From NCBI GenBank assembly GCA_038208905.1, contig JBBQYG010000015.1, positions 1-40,169 on the forward strand: 40,169 bases of DNA. Reading direction: 5' to 3'. Source of the DNA: Candidatus Sumerlaeia bacterium. Its GTDB lineage: Bacteria > Sumerlaeota > Sumerlaeia > SLMS01. Shown here in pieces: positions 38,877 to 40,169 of this stretch. The first letter of the stretch is position 1. Each line of letters begins with the position of its first letter. The notes under the pieces were generated by a model. It ran no database searches. It was not told where the DNA came from and saw nothing but the letters and a program-made list of their open reading frames with translations. A program made the position numbers and the translations under genes.

Positions 38877-40056
38877 GAAGGAAGGTGGCCGCAAGCTGCG
38901 CATCGTCCAGCTCTGCGCCGTGGACTTTACGATGCGCCAGTTCATCGCGCCGCTGGCGCTTGCCCTCTCCGCGGATGGGCACCAGGTGGTCTGCGCCTGC
39001 ACGCCGGGGATTCACTGGGAGGAGCTGCGGGCGATGGGACTGCGCCTGCACGCCGTCTCCATCGCGCGGAGCGGCAATCCCATCCGCGCCGCGCGCTCGG
39101 TGCTGCGCATCGCGCGGTGGCTCAGGCGCGCGCGGCCCGACGTGCTCCACGTCCACACCCCCGTGGCATCGATGATCGGACGCCTGGCGGGAGCCCTCGC
39201 GGGCGTGCCGGTCGTTGTCTATACAGCCCACGGATTCTATTTCCACGACCGGATGCCCGCGATCCGGCGGCTCCCCCATATCGCGCTGGAGCGGGTGTTT
39301 GGCTGGCTCTGCCACTATCTTTTCTGTGTCAGCGCCGAGGACCTCTCCACGGCAAAGCGCCTCGGCATCGGGCCCCGCCACGGGCGATTCCACACGCCCA
39401 ACGGCGCCGACCATTGCCGATTCGATCCGGCGGCGATTCCCGAGGGAACCCGCGAGAGGATCCGCGACGAGTTCGGCATTCCCGCCGACGCGCGGGTGGT
39501 CGCGATCATGGGCCGGCTGGTGAGGGAGAAGGGCTACTTCGAGTTCTTCGGCGCCGCGTGTGCGCTGGCCCCGCGCTATCCCGGGGCGCATTTCCTCGCC
39601 ATCGGCGACACCGTGGCGAGCGAGCACGACGACGCGAAGGCGGAGATCCTCCGCATGGCGCAAGCGCCCGAACTGAAGGGCCGCGTCCACTTCGCCGGAC
39701 TGCGTTCCGATGTTCCGGAACTGCTGGCGGCGAGCGACATCTTCTGCCTGCCCTCCTATCGCGAGGGGATGCCCGTCAGCATTGTCGAGGCGATGCTGAT
39801 GGGTCTCCCCACGGTGACGACGCGCATTCGTGGCTGCCGCGAGCTAATCGAAGATGGCCGGTTCGGCCTGCTGGTGATACCCGGCGACGCGGCGGAGCTG
39901 GAGCGCGCCCTGGAGCAACTCCTCGGGGACGAAAGCGCCACGCAGATCCTTGGCCGGGAAGCCATGCTCCACGCCCGCGCCCACCTGACGCAGGACCGCG
40001 CGATGGAGCGCGTGGTGCATCTGTATGGACGAATCGCGCGGGAGCGATTCGGATGA
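38866..40056 (+). CDS. Glycosyltransferase family 4
   Basis: HVHTP, YTAHGF, GRLVREKG, PSYREGMP.SIVEA (EX7E). Confidence 0.92.
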   Translation: MEPEKEGGRKLRIVQLCAVDFTMRQFIAPLALALSADGHQVVCACTPGIHWEELRAMGLRLHAVSIARSGNPIRAARSVLRIARWLRRARPDVLHVHTPVASMIGRLAGALAGVPVVVYTAHGFYFHDRMPAIRRLPHIALERVFGWLCHYLFCVSAEDLSTAKRLGIGPRHGRFHTPNGADHCRFDPAAIPEGTRERIRDEFGIPADARVVAIMGRLVREKGYFEFFGAACALAPRYPGAHFLAIGDTVASEHDDAKAEILRMAQAPELKGRVHFAGLRSDVPELLAASDIFCLPSYREGMPVSIVEAMLMGLPTVTTRIRGCRELIEDGRFGLLVIPGDAAELERALEQLLGDESATQILGREAMLHARAHLTQDRAMERVVHLYGRIARERFG

Positions 40057-40169
40057 AGGTGCTCCTTGCCGGCGGCACCGGCCACACCGGCGAGCGACTC
40101 GCGCGGCGGCTCATTCGCGCGGGACACTCCGTGATGGTGCTGTCGCGTCGCTCCCCCGATGAACCCATC
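40053..40169 (+). CDS. NAD(P)-binding epimerase/dehydratase-like protein (partial, runs off window)
   Basis: MKVLLAGGTGHTGERLARRLIRAGHSV Rossmann motif. ATGA overlap with the GT4 stop. Confidence 0.75.
   Translation, partial: MKVLLAGGTGHTGERLARRLIRAGHSVMVLSRRSPDEPI

Overview
High-GC bacterial chromosomal window, probably Candidatus Sumerlaeota (BRC1) or a related lineage. That placement is inferred from a PNFLEAQTRAKVSR-type prepilin and a secreted protein ending in V-x-D-W-x-x-x-Y. Most of it is housekeeping: uppS, ispH, phoH with a 7TM-HD phosphodiesterase, trmH, sigma54-driven groES-groEL, trpS, pyrD, an FKBP, nupC, purU, and a YhaM-PilZ-metallophosphoesterase-GT4 operon. Accessory elements are: (i) a 534-bp internally deleted IS with terminal inverted repeats and an 8-bp target duplication, inserted in the ispH stop codon; (ii) a DUF488-DUF488-dual-OB cassette; (iii) a ~5.3-kb decayed islet (about 19.0-24.3 kb) holding IS66, IS5-like, phage, TerC and VapBC fragments plus an intact PD-(D/E)XK nuclease between ~66-bp inverted repeats and an intact voltage-gated channel with a TGDDW filter; (iv) three intergenic inverted arrays of a 9-bp repeat. 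The most unusual proteins are a multi-TM SSS-like permease fused to an enediyne-type hot-dog thioesterase and an MDR dehydrogenase lacking its catalytic zinc ligands. No rRNA, tRNA or CRISPR array was seen. All family calls come from motif recognition by eye; no database search was run.
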